Below, one piece after another: positions 47,077 to 58,300 of a stretch of DNA of 64,000 nucleotides. The stretch comes from Candidatus Kaiserbacteria bacterium (GTDB taxonomy: Bacteria > Patescibacteriota > Minisyncoccia > Phycocordibacterales > UBA2100), in assembly GCA_016217965.1 (NCBI GenBank), contig JACRFI010000016.1:129837-193836 (forward strand). Reading direction: 5' to 3'. The notes beneath the pieces are model-generated. The model did no database searches and was not told the DNA's origin. It saw only the letters and a list, made by a program, of their open reading frames with translations. Each line of letters starts with the position of its first letter. The first letter of the stretch is position 1. Position numbers and translations under genes: made by a program.

Positions 47077-48367
47077 TTTTCTTACCTACGTCTTTTCGCC
47101 GGGTAATTTCGAGCCCCACGGTGCACACTTTGGAAATGTGCCCGAATTACAGTGGGTCCTTGTTGGGGCAAATACGCTCACATTCATTTCTTACACGCTC
47201 ATTCCAATAGCTCTCATCTATTTCGTGAGAAAACGAAGAGATCTAGTATTTGGCAAGGTGTTCGTGCTCTTCGGCGCGTTTATTGTCCTCTGCGGCCTGC
47301 ATCATATGGTACACGTTATTTCGTTTTGGTACCCATTGTTTGGTCTACAGGCGCTCATCGACGCACTGATGGCGGTTGTATCCTTTTTCACCGTGTTCGC
47401 TCTCGTGCGAATAATCCCGGCAGCTCTCCAGATACCGAGCAAAACGAGACTGGAAAAAGTCATTGGTGATCTGGAAGGGGAGATAGAAAGGCGAGCGGAA
47501 GCGGAAAAAGAAGCTGTCCTGAGACGCGAAGAGCTTTCAGTAAAGACCGTCGAGCTGACGAGGCAGCTCGATGCGCTTGAGGACACAAAAAAGGCGATGT
47601 TGAATGTTCTCGAAGACCTTGAGGAAGAGAAAAAGAAAGCTGCTGTCGTTGACAAGGCAAAGACCGAATTCGTCTCGCTAGCGTCACACCAGCTTCGCAC
47701 GCCTCTCTCTACCGTGAAGTGGTACGCGGACATGCTCATTGCGGAAGATGTCGGAACATTGAATGGAAAGCAAAAAGAATATCTAGACAAGGTGTATAAC
47801 GGAAATCAGCGGATGGTAAATCTTGTGAACGACCTTCTTAATGTCTCTCGCATAGACCTGGGAACACTTCCCATAGAAAGAAAGGCAACTGATATCGCCA
47901 TGCTCATTCAAAGTGTCATTGACGAGCAACTTGAGATACGGAAGAAAAAGTTGCATCTAGAGACGAAATTTGACGAATCCCTCGGAAAAGCGCTCGTTGA
48001 TCCAAAATTGTTGCGAATGGTCGTGCAGAATTTAGTATCCAATGCCACCCAGTATACAGATGAGGGCGGCTCAATCAGAATTTCTGTGACGCGGACCGAT
48101 CAACAGGGAAGGGCATCCGAAGCGTCGGGAGAATGGTTCACCTTTGAAATCTCCGATACAGGGTATGGCATTCCTCGCAGCCAATTCGGTAAGATATTTA
48201 CGAAACTTTTCCGGGCGGATAATGTGCGAGAGAGGAATACAGAGGGTACAGGACTTGGTCTCTACATCGTAAAATCAATAGTTGACGCGTGCGGCGGAAA
48301 GGTGGGGTTTGAATCAGTTGAAGGCGAGGGTACTCGATTTTTTGTCACATTGCCAATGCATTCCTAG
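47069..48367 (+). CDS. Sensor histidine kinase with ethylene-receptor-like membrane domain
   Basis: SYTLIPIALIYFV..FGAFIVLCGLHH; H-box ASHQLRTP; N, G1, F and G2 boxes. Confidence 0.9.
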   Translation: MIDFLTYVFSPGNFEPHGAHFGNVPELQWVLVGANTLTFISYTLIPIALIYFVRKRRDLVFGKVFVLFGAFIVLCGLHHMVHVISFWYPLFGLQALIDALMAVVSFFTVFALVRIIPAALQIPSKTRLEKVIGDLEGEIERRAEAEKEAVLRREELSVKTVELTRQLDALEDTKKAMLNVLEDLEEEKKKAAVVDKAKTEFVSLASHQLRTPLSTVKWYADMLIAEDVGTLNGKQKEYLDKVYNGNQRMVNLVNDLLNVSRIDLGTLPIERKATDIAMLIQSVIDEQLEIRKKKLHLETKFDESLGKALVDPKLLRMVVQNLVSNATQYTDEGGSIRISVTRTDQQGRASEASGEWFTFEISDTGYGIPRSQFGKIFTKLFRADNVRERNTEGTGLGLYIVKSIVDACGGKVGFESVEGEGTRFFVTLPMHS

Positions 48368-48369
48368 CC

Positions 48370-48912
48370 ATGACCTCTCTGAAAAAGACAATTCTTATTG
48401 CAGAAGATGATGCGCTGCTTAGAAATGCGCTCGTCGATAAACTGGCTCGTGAGGGTTTTAACGCCTTAGAGGCAAGGACTGGAGCGCAGTGCCTCCGTCT
48501 CGCATTTCAGCATCATCCCGAACTCATCATCCTCGACATCATGATGCCGGGATTGGACGGGCGCGAGGTTCTCAAAAAATTACGCATCGATCCGTGGGGG
48601 GCACATGCACGCATTCTAGTACTTACGAATTTAGGTTCAGGCGAAATCGGCATCGATGTAAACGATGTAGACGGCCATTTAGTAAAATCGGATACTCGAA
48701 TTGGCGACGTGATAAAGAAAGCAAATGCCTTGTTGTCTGTTGGCGATGGGCATCTGCAAAGCGCGAGCGAGTCGGAACTTCCTGAATTCCGCTGTGTCTG
48801 CGGGAAGCTGCTTTTCAAAGGGACGCTCCATTTTTCTACTATAGAAGTTAAGTGCAAAAGGTGTGGTGAAATAACTCGTATAGACGCAAGTGACCGTAAA
48901 TTTCTTGGTTGA
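48370..48912 (+). CDS. Response regulator receiver fused to a Mu Com-like zinc ribbon
   Basis: IAEDD, LDIMMP, LTN, LVK; C-terminal EFRCVCGKLLFK...IEVKCKRCG. Confidence 0.82.
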   Translation: MTSLKKTILIAEDDALLRNALVDKLAREGFNALEARTGAQCLRLAFQHHPELIILDIMMPGLDGREVLKKLRIDPWGAHARILVLTNLGSGEIGIDVNDVDGHLVKSDTRIGDVIKKANALLSVGDGHLQSASESELPEFRCVCGKLLFKGTLHFSTIEVKCKRCGEITRIDASDRKFLG

Positions 48913-49243
48913 CCTGTGGATATCTTTGTGCTCCGTGAGCTGGGAAAGTGGCATGCTTCGTGTCGCAGGGTTCCTCATATACAGTTCGATCTCCCGCGTA
49001 CGGGTCGCGTGAAGCGACTCAGGGAACCACTACGGACTCGCCCTAATGCTGAAATAGGCTTTAAAAGCATATCTCGGACAGCCGAGATGTCGGAAAATCG
49101 CGTCGAGTTTGGCGACTGTGGTGGAAAAAAATCTCGGAAATCCACGGTCTTTTGCAAGTGCAACCGCGCAATGTATCCAGAGAAATGGGTGTTATCTCAA
49201 GATTCGAGCGACAGACCGGACTATCTGTATTCAACTGTCACAC

Positions 49244-49321
49244 TGATATAATTTAGGGGTCAGAGGGGCACTTTCGGCCTCCGATCACCACAGAGTGACG
49301 CTGACGGACATTTCTCTGTGG
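49244..49321 (+). promoter_or_regulatory. Extended -10 promoter and structured leader sequestering the GTG start
   Basis: TGaTATAAT at 49244-52; CCACAGAG (49288-95) pairs with CTCTGTGG (49314-21), which contains GTG 49318. Confidence 0.7.
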
Positions 49322-52300
49322 GAAATCTACGTTTGCACGAACTTGCGGCTGCTGTGCTTATAGTCGGCACACTGGTAGCGTCCATACCGATCGGCGGTTT
49401 CTTTCGTGCGCTATCGGCAGAAGCGGCGTCTCTCCCGACTATCATTTCATACCAGGGGCGTCTGACGGATTCATCTGGAAACTTGCTGGGAGGATCAGGC
49501 ACGACATACTATTTGAAATTCTCGATTTGGGATTCGGCGACAGTCGGAAGCGGCACTCGCGTGTGGCCCACGTCCGCTCCCACGGCGACAACGGCAAACG
49601 TGCGGCAGGGAGTTTTTACAGTGAATATAGGCGATACCGCAAACGGATATCCGGACGCACTAAATTATTTGTTCGATTCCACCAGCGTGTATTTACAAGT
49701 CGAAGTGTCATCCAGTGGTTCATCGTACGAGACTCTTTCGCCTCGCCAACAGATTTCTTCCAGTGTATTTTCGCAAGTATCGGGGGCTACGAGAGGCGTA
49801 GGGCAGTCAGCGATTGGCACGACAACGCCGCATGCGACATCCGTTTTAACTGTTGAAGCGACCACATCGGCAACAACAGCGCTTACTGTTCGCGCCGCAC
49901 CGTCCCAATCCGCGAATTTAATTGATATCTTGAATGCCGCAGGCACTTCGCTTCTTTCTATCGATGCCGTCGGCAACATGACCGCGCTCGCACGAGCGCT
50001 TTTTGGATATGCTTCCTCGACAGCTTTTTCCGCTCTCGATGGTTTGTACGTCGGTCGTACATCGACAACGACAATTCTTAGCAATGCCACGTCAACGTTC
50101 GGCGCAGGTATTTCTGCGACTGCTCTAAACATTACTTCTTCATCAGCCTCATCAACTTTTGCAAACGGGATCAATCTGACGAATGGTTGTTTTTCGATCA
50201 ACGGGACATGCGTAGCTGGGGCTGGTAGTAACGTGTGGGGCGCGATCACTGGCACACTTGCCAATCAAACTGATCTCCAGAGTGCGCTCGATGCGAAACT
50301 TGCACTCACTGCATGGTACTCAACGACAACGACTGCACTAGCAGAGGGATTGAACCAATATTTCACAAATGCGCGAGCGGACGCGCGCATCAATGCAACT
50401 TCCACCGTCGGGACACTAACAAGTGCTCCGAATCTGAACACAGTCTCCACGTCTCTCACCGGATTTGTAAAAGCGACAGCAGGCGTGCTTGCAACATCTC
50501 TCATTAATCTCGCCAGTGATGTGACAGGTGTGCTTTCCGTTTCAAACGGAGGAAGCGGATGGGCTTCCGTTGCAACAGGGGCTGTGTTGTATGGAAACGG
50601 GTCGAGCGCTCTTGCGACCACTACAAGCGGCTCAAACGGCCAAGTGCTCGCGCTCGTATCCGGAGTGCCGGCGTGGGTATCTACGACAACACTTTCAACT
50701 ATAGCGGGGACGCTCGGTATCGGGAGCGGCGGCACAGGGCTTTCCTCAACACCGACGTATGGGCAAGTGTTAATCGGGAATGCCTCAAGCGGGTACACCC
50801 TTTCGGGAACATCCACACTTGGAGTAGCGATAGGGGACACGACCGGAACACTCGCTGTGAACCGCGGAGGCACCGGAGTGACGAGTATTTTGGATTTCTT
50901 AACCCTCGGAACACATACGACAGGCAACTATATCGCAACGCTTGCGGATGGCGGGAATGGCTCTCTCACTATCTCCAACTCTGGCAGCGAGAATGCGGCC
51001 GTGATCGCCGCGCTCAACCTCGGTAATGCGAACACATGGACTGGCAAGCAGGACTTCTACGGCGCCGCTTCTTCAACGCTTCTTTCCTCTAATAAACTCT
51101 ATGTGGGCGACACGGCAACAACCACCATTCTTGGTTCTGCAACTTCGACCTTCGGTGCTGGTGTACAGATGACAGCGCTTAATGTGACATCTTCTTCCGC
51201 TTCTTCCACATTTGCGAACGGAATACTTCTTGCGAGCGGCTGCTTTAGAATGCCGGACGGGACATGTCTTTCGAGCAGTGGAGGATTGGGGCTCACGACA
51301 CTGAACGGACTGATAGCGGCGGTGCAAACATTTGCGGCAGGCTCATCAGGGACCGATTTCAATATCGATTCCAGCGTCGCCACACATACGTTCAATATCC
51401 CGTCATCGTCGGGATCGAACCGCGGGCTTCTCACAGCGGCAGATTGGACGACGTTCAACAGCAAAGCTGGGTCCGCATCGCCGACATTCACGGGGCTCGT
51501 CACGTTGCCGAACGCATCTTCGACCATGCTTTCCGTATTAGATGCGATCTTTGTGGGAGGTACGGCGACAACCACGATCCGCGGCGATGGTGTCGCTTCA
51601 TCGATTCCATACGCATCTACGACTGCTATCACTGCAACGACCGCAAGCACGACAAATCTTGTAGCCTCTAATTCCTTTACGCTTGGCAGCGTGACCGGAT
51701 TTTTGAAAGCAACAGCGGGCGCCGTTGCAACGTCTCTTATAAATCTTGCATCTGATGTGACCGGCATTCTCCCCGTGACAAACGGAGGCACAGGGTGGGG
51801 AAATCTCGCATCGGGAGCCATCCTTCTTGGAAACGGAACGAGCGCCGTCGCAACAACATCTGCTGGGACGAACGGACAAGTGCTCGCGCTCGTATCCGGG
51901 GTGCCCGCGTGGGTGTCGACTACAACACTTGCAAACATTTCAGGGACGCTTGGCGTCGCCAGTGGGGGAACGGGCGCTCTCACATTCGGGCAGGGCTGGT
52001 TGTATTCTTCGGGAGGAACCGGTGCTCTCGCGGCCTCTACATCTCCGACGATAAACTATCTCGTCGCGACTTCGACCACCGCAACGTCAACATTTGCAGC
52101 GGGAATCTCTACGACCCGCTTACAAACGAGCGCAACATCAACGCTCGCCGATGTGGTCTCTCAATCAATACTTCCTGCGGCGGATGCAGCGTATGATCTT
52201 GGTTCTGCGACGAATCGCTTTCGCGATCTATATCTTTCTACTGCGTCGTTGCATCTTGAATCAACGGTCGGAGAAACGGGAAATGCAAAGCAATGGAAAT

Positions 52301-55300
52301 TCGGCATCGACACAGGAAACGGAACGCAGTCGGGAACCACGACCGGTTTCTTTCGTATTCAAGAAGGGAACTCGGAAATGCTCTACATCAATCACGCGGG
52401 TCAAGTCGGCATTGGCATCAGCAATCCAAGCTCGCGCTTGCAGGTAAAAGGTAACCCGTTTCTTTCCGGCTTCTCGAGCGGGACGATCTCAAGCTCTGGG
52501 ACGACAGTTACTGGATCGGGGACCAGTTTCCAATTCGGTTTCAACAAGATCAGTGTCGGCGATCAGATTCTTGCGAATAGCCAGATACGGACAGTGACTG
52601 CGATCAGCAGTAATACGTCGCTTACTATCGACTCAGCATTTTCTCCTGCGCTCTCCGGCGAGATATATCAGACGCAGCAACCGATCGCGCGATTTGATTC
52701 GAGCGCAGGCGATACGAAATTCATCGTTGGTCCTGGGGGAAACATCGGCATCGGAGATTTGAATCCGATAGGCCTTCTCTCGGTTGGCTCCGGGGACAAA
52801 TTCTACATTGATGCACTTGGAACAGTCGCAAGCGGAACTTGGAATGGTAAACCGGTAGGAGCGCTTTACGGTGGTACCGGTTTGGGAGCTACTCCCACAT
52901 ATGGCCAGGTGCTGGTGGGAAATTCTGGAGGAGGGTACGCGCTTGTCGCAACTTCCACACTCGGGCTCGGTGGCAGCGGAGGCACGGTAAGTTCGGTACA
53001 AGCTTCCGGCGGAACGACAGGACTCTCTTTTAGCGGTGGCCCTGTGACGACGTCAGGTACGTTCACATTAGGAGGAATCTTGAATGTCTCGAACGGGGGC
53101 ACTGGATGGTCGGATCTTGCAAGCGGCGCGGTCCTGTATGGGAATGGCACAGCGGGAGTGGCGACAACATCTGCGGGAGCGGGAGGCAGTGTCTTGGCGC
53201 TTTTGAACGGTGTTCCGACATGGACCGCGACCACAACACTCTCGACGATTTCGGGGACACTTGGCGTAGCAAAAGGCGGAACGGGTGTCACTTCCGCCCC
53301 GACATACGGGCAGCTTCTCATCGGAAATGCATCGAACGGGTACTCGCTTCTCGCGACTTCAACGCTTGGTATTCTCACGACAAATATAGAAGAAGGATCG
53401 AATCAATACTTCACAAACGCTCGCGCCGACGCGCGCATCAACGCAACCTCGACCATAGGCACGCTCACGTCCGCGCCGAATCTTGGTACTATCGCTACCT
53501 CTCTCACCGGTTTTGTGAAGGCAACGGCAGGATCGCTTGCCACGTCGCTTATAAATCTTGCATCTGATGTGACCGGCATTCTCCCCGTGACCAACGGAGG
53601 CACAGGGTGGGGAAATCTCGCATCGGGGGTCATCCTTCTTGGAAACGGCACAGGCGCCGTTGCAACAACATCTGCCGGGACGAACGGACAGGTGCTTGCG
53701 CTCGTGAACGGCACACCATCGTGGGTCGCCACCACAACACTTGCAAACATTTCAGGGACGCTTGGAGTTTCAAGCGGAGGCACTGGCGCGACGACGCTCA
53801 GTGATCTGATTACGCTCGGCACGCATTCGGCCGGCAACTATCTTGCGACGCTATCTTCATCGGGCTCAATAACAGTCGGCGGTTCCGGTTCCGAGAATGC
53901 AGCTGCTTCAGTGAATATTAACCTTGGGAACGCAAACTCATGGACAGCGCTCCAGCAATTTACGAACGCATCGACATCGCTTGTTTCTGCATCTGATGCA
54001 CTCTACGTGGGTCGCACAGCGACGACGACCATCAGGGGAGAGGCGAGTGCGACATCCACGTTTGCCGGAGGAGTCGACATCACGAAAGGCGTAAATCTAA
54101 ATTCGGGGTATATCTTTGGCGCCGGGCTCTCGTCGTGTTCCGGTTCGAGCGACAAATTGGTTTGGAACGCGGCCACAGGACAATTCGGATGCGGAGCGGA
54201 CGCCGGTGCGGGCGGTGGCATTACCGGCCTGAAGGGCCAGTATTCGAGTACGCAAACAGGATCGACACAAACATTTGCGACATCGAGCGATGCGAACGTG
54301 CAATTAACAATCACGTCGTCAGGAGATACGCATACATTTACTCCTATTTGGAATGGCTCGTTGTCTGTCGCACGCGGCGGAACCGGCTCCACAACACTGA
54401 CTGGCATTTTGAAAGGCAACGGCACTGGGCAGGTTCAATCCGCCATCGCCGGCACTGATTATGTCTCCAGCGTAACCGGCGACTGGACAGGCACATTCGA
54501 CGGACAAGAGGGGACATACTACACAAACGCAACTAATCTCACGAACTTTGGGGTACCGTTTTACAACTTCTTCTCAGCAACTACGACTGATGCACTTGCG
54601 CAAGGTTCGACGAACAAATACTACTCAGATGCATTCGTAAATTCGTATATCCATTCTTCAACAACAATTCCGAAAACATACACGGCCAACACGTTCACAA
54701 ATACCAACACATTCAATGGATCGACGAACCTTTCAAATGCATCAAGCACGAACATGACCATCGCGACTCTTGCCTCTACGTCGCAACTCGTTGCCTCAAA
54801 TAGCTTCACCTTCTCGAACGTCACCGGCTTTTTGAAAGCAACCGCAGGTACCGTCGCAACCGCAGCGATCGACCTTGCGAACGATGTTACCGGTATCCTC
54901 GGCGTGAATCGCGGAGGAACCGGCTGGAGTAATATTGCAAGCGGTGCCATTGTGCTCGGAAATGGAACAGGAGCTCTTGCAACCACAAGTGTCGGTATTA
55001 ACGGCCAGGTTCTCGCGCTCGTGAACGGCACGCCATCATGGGTCGCGACAACTACTGCAGGAACCGGTCTCTCATACAACGGCTCGGCATTCAGCGTAAA
55101 CACGTCGCAAAATATCGCAACGATCTCGAACCTTACATCAAATGGATTCGTCAGAACATCGGGCGGCAACGGCGCGCTCTCAATAGACACTGCAACATAT
55201 CTGACCGACATAACCGGATCTTCGATCGAAGCCTTGAACGACGTCGCAGCGATGACAGAAAACTTTGGAGATCTTCTCCATTGGAACGGATCAACATGGA

Positions 55301-58300
55301 CGGATCTTGCCACTTCTTCGCTTGCAATTAATTTCTCGAATCTTGTTGTCGACGCACAAGACATTGATGGCGAATTGATCGCGGACGATACAATCGACGA
55401 TGACTCGATTGATTTTGCCGACATCACTCTTTCTGATTTTACAAACGATGCGAACTTCGCTTCATTCGCCTACCCATTTCCCGCAAATGCAACCACCACT
55501 CTCCTCTCTCTCAGTGGTGGATTTACTGCAACGAATGCAACAACAAGTAATTCTTTTGGAGGACGCGTCACTGCAAACACGTTCTCCTCGGGGCAAAGCG
55601 CGTCCACGACAATTGACTCATCTGGCAACACCGTCGTTGGCGGCACGCTTCTAGTAACGGGGCAAACCACTCTTGCAACATCGCTCAGCGGTTTTCTTAA
55701 AGCCACCGCGGGCGTCGTAGCGACGTCGCTTATCGATCTTGCGAATGACGTTACGGGAATATTAGGCGTGAACAGAGGCGGTACCGGATGGGGGAATCTT
55801 GCCTCTGGTGCGATCCTCCTCGGTAATGGCACCGGTGCCGTTGCGACAACATCAGTGGGAACGAACGGACAAGTACTTGCACTTTCGGGAGGGGTGCCAA
55901 CGTGGATCGCGACAACAACGGCAGGAACAGGACTCACATACACTGGAAGCGCGTTCAACGTCGATCTGGGCACGAGCATTGCCGCAAACGAACTCGCATC
56001 AGCAGACTTCGGCGATTGGACCTGCAATGGCACGTCGTGCTCGCTCGATTCGGATACTGTCGCGGACTCTGAGATAGATTACACGAATGTGACGCTTAAT
56101 GATTTTACCAACGACGCAAACTTCATAACCACTTCCGGAGCTAACACGTTCACATCACTCCAACAATTCCAAGGCAATGCATCGACGACAAAACTCTCTG
56201 TCTACTCCAATGCATACTTTGGCGCAACCGCGACCTCATCTTTCTCTTCAACTGGTGTCCTCACTCTCGCGACTGACCTCGCCGTTTCTGAAGGTGGTAC
56301 GGGAGCATCAACGCTTACAGGTCTTCTCCAGGGAAACGGTACGGGTGCGTTCACCGCCGTTTCGGATTCATCTACTGTCGGACAAGTGCTCCGCACGACC
56401 GGAGCGTCCACATACGCCTGGGGGGCACTCGACCTATCGGATACGGATGCGGTCACGGGCACACTCCCAATCGCTCGTGGTGGTACAAACCAATCGACTT
56501 TTGCCGCGAATGCACTCCTCTATTTCGACGGCACCTCGATCACTGCTACCTCAACGAGACCTCTCTATGTCGGCGCTATCAATGCCACCACAACCGCAAC
56601 CTCCACATTCCAAGGGGGAGTGTCAGTTCTCAACTTCGCGCAGACGGGCACAGCATCCTCGACGTTTTCAAATGGCATACAACTCGCTGCGGGATGCTTC
56701 CGAATGCCTGATGGAACGTGTGTGGGATCAGGGGGAGCGGGAAGCACAGCGTGGGACACGATCGGAAATCCGACACTGGATGGAGATATCGCGTTTGGCG
56801 GAACATCTCAAAATATCGACGCGAATACGAATGATGTGACTGCACTCGCCCAGGACGCTCTTACCTTGACGATGACGAATGACGCGGCAACTGACATTCT
56901 CAGTCAACGCCTATTTGTTCTTGAAAATATTGCGAGCGCGAATGGTATGGAAAATTTTATCGTTATCGATAACCAAGACACCGATGATGCTGTTGTGACA
57001 GGTATTGACTTTGTCTCGGCTGCTGGAGGCATCACGACTGCCATAGATCTCGATAGCGCGAATATCGGGACGGGTATTTCGCTGGGAGCAAATGACATCG
57101 TTGGTACAAACGCTGTCATTAACTTCGATGCGTTCGACGTTGACGCATCGGGAAATATTACCGGCATCACGCTTGATACGGGACAGGGAGCGAATGAGCT
57201 CTTTGACATGGACCAAAATGTTCTCACGAGTTCCGCACCGAGTTTCGCTGGTTTGACGCTTACGGGAAATGCGTCATTTCTAAATGCGACATCCACTAAT
57301 CTCTTTTCTGCGCGGCAGACAGCGAGCGTCGCAGCGTTTGGCGCAACCGCGACCTCATCTTTCTCTTCAACTGGTGTCCTCACACTTGCAACTGATCTCT
57401 CGGTAACTGAGGGGGGAACGGGTGCTTCAACACTGACGGGACTCTTGCAAGGAAATGGCACGGGAGCGTTCACGGCGCTATCCGATTCATCTACTGTGGG
57501 GCAAATCTTGCGTGTCACTGGCGCATCGACATATGCATGGGGAGCGCTTGATCTTGCGGATTCCGATGCAATTACTGGTGACCTGCCGTTTACTAATATC
57601 ACTCAAATCGCCGCGAATTCCATCCTTGGGAACATAACCGGTGCGACCGGCGACGTTGCAGCCATCGCCACCTCCTCGCTTTTCACAGGTTCAAATGGTC
57701 AGGCTCTTGCTCGCGCTAATGGAACATGGGTTGGCGTCGCCACAACGACTGCCGGTACTGGGCTCACCTACACTGGAAGCGCATTTAACGTGAACTCGAC
57801 GCAATCGATTTCCGCGCTCTCAAACCTTACTTCGAACGGATTTGTGAAGACATCAGGAGGCAACGGAACACTTTCTGTCGACACAGCGACCTATCTTACT
57901 GCGGCCCTCACTTCGATAGGTCCAACGGGTCAGACATCAAGCGGACCGGCAATTACGTTTGCCACATCAACATCGGCGACGAATGGTCTCACATCTGCGA
58001 TCACGATAGTCGGAAGCGGAGCGACAATGACCTACACCCCGTCACTCTCTGGTACGCTTACTGTCGCAGGAGGGGGAACGGGGGTCGGGACATTTTCATC
58101 TGGGCAACTTCTGTACGGCAATGGCACGAATGCACTCTCGAGTGTTGCGACATCATCGCTGGCGGTGGGGAACGGACTCGCGGTTTCTTCCGGCTCGCTC
58201 GGCTACCAGATCGGCGGATCGAACGTCTCCTTGGGTCTTGCTGCGATCGGAGCGAACACAATTCTGGGAAACGGTACCGGAGCTTCTGCGGTTCCGACTG

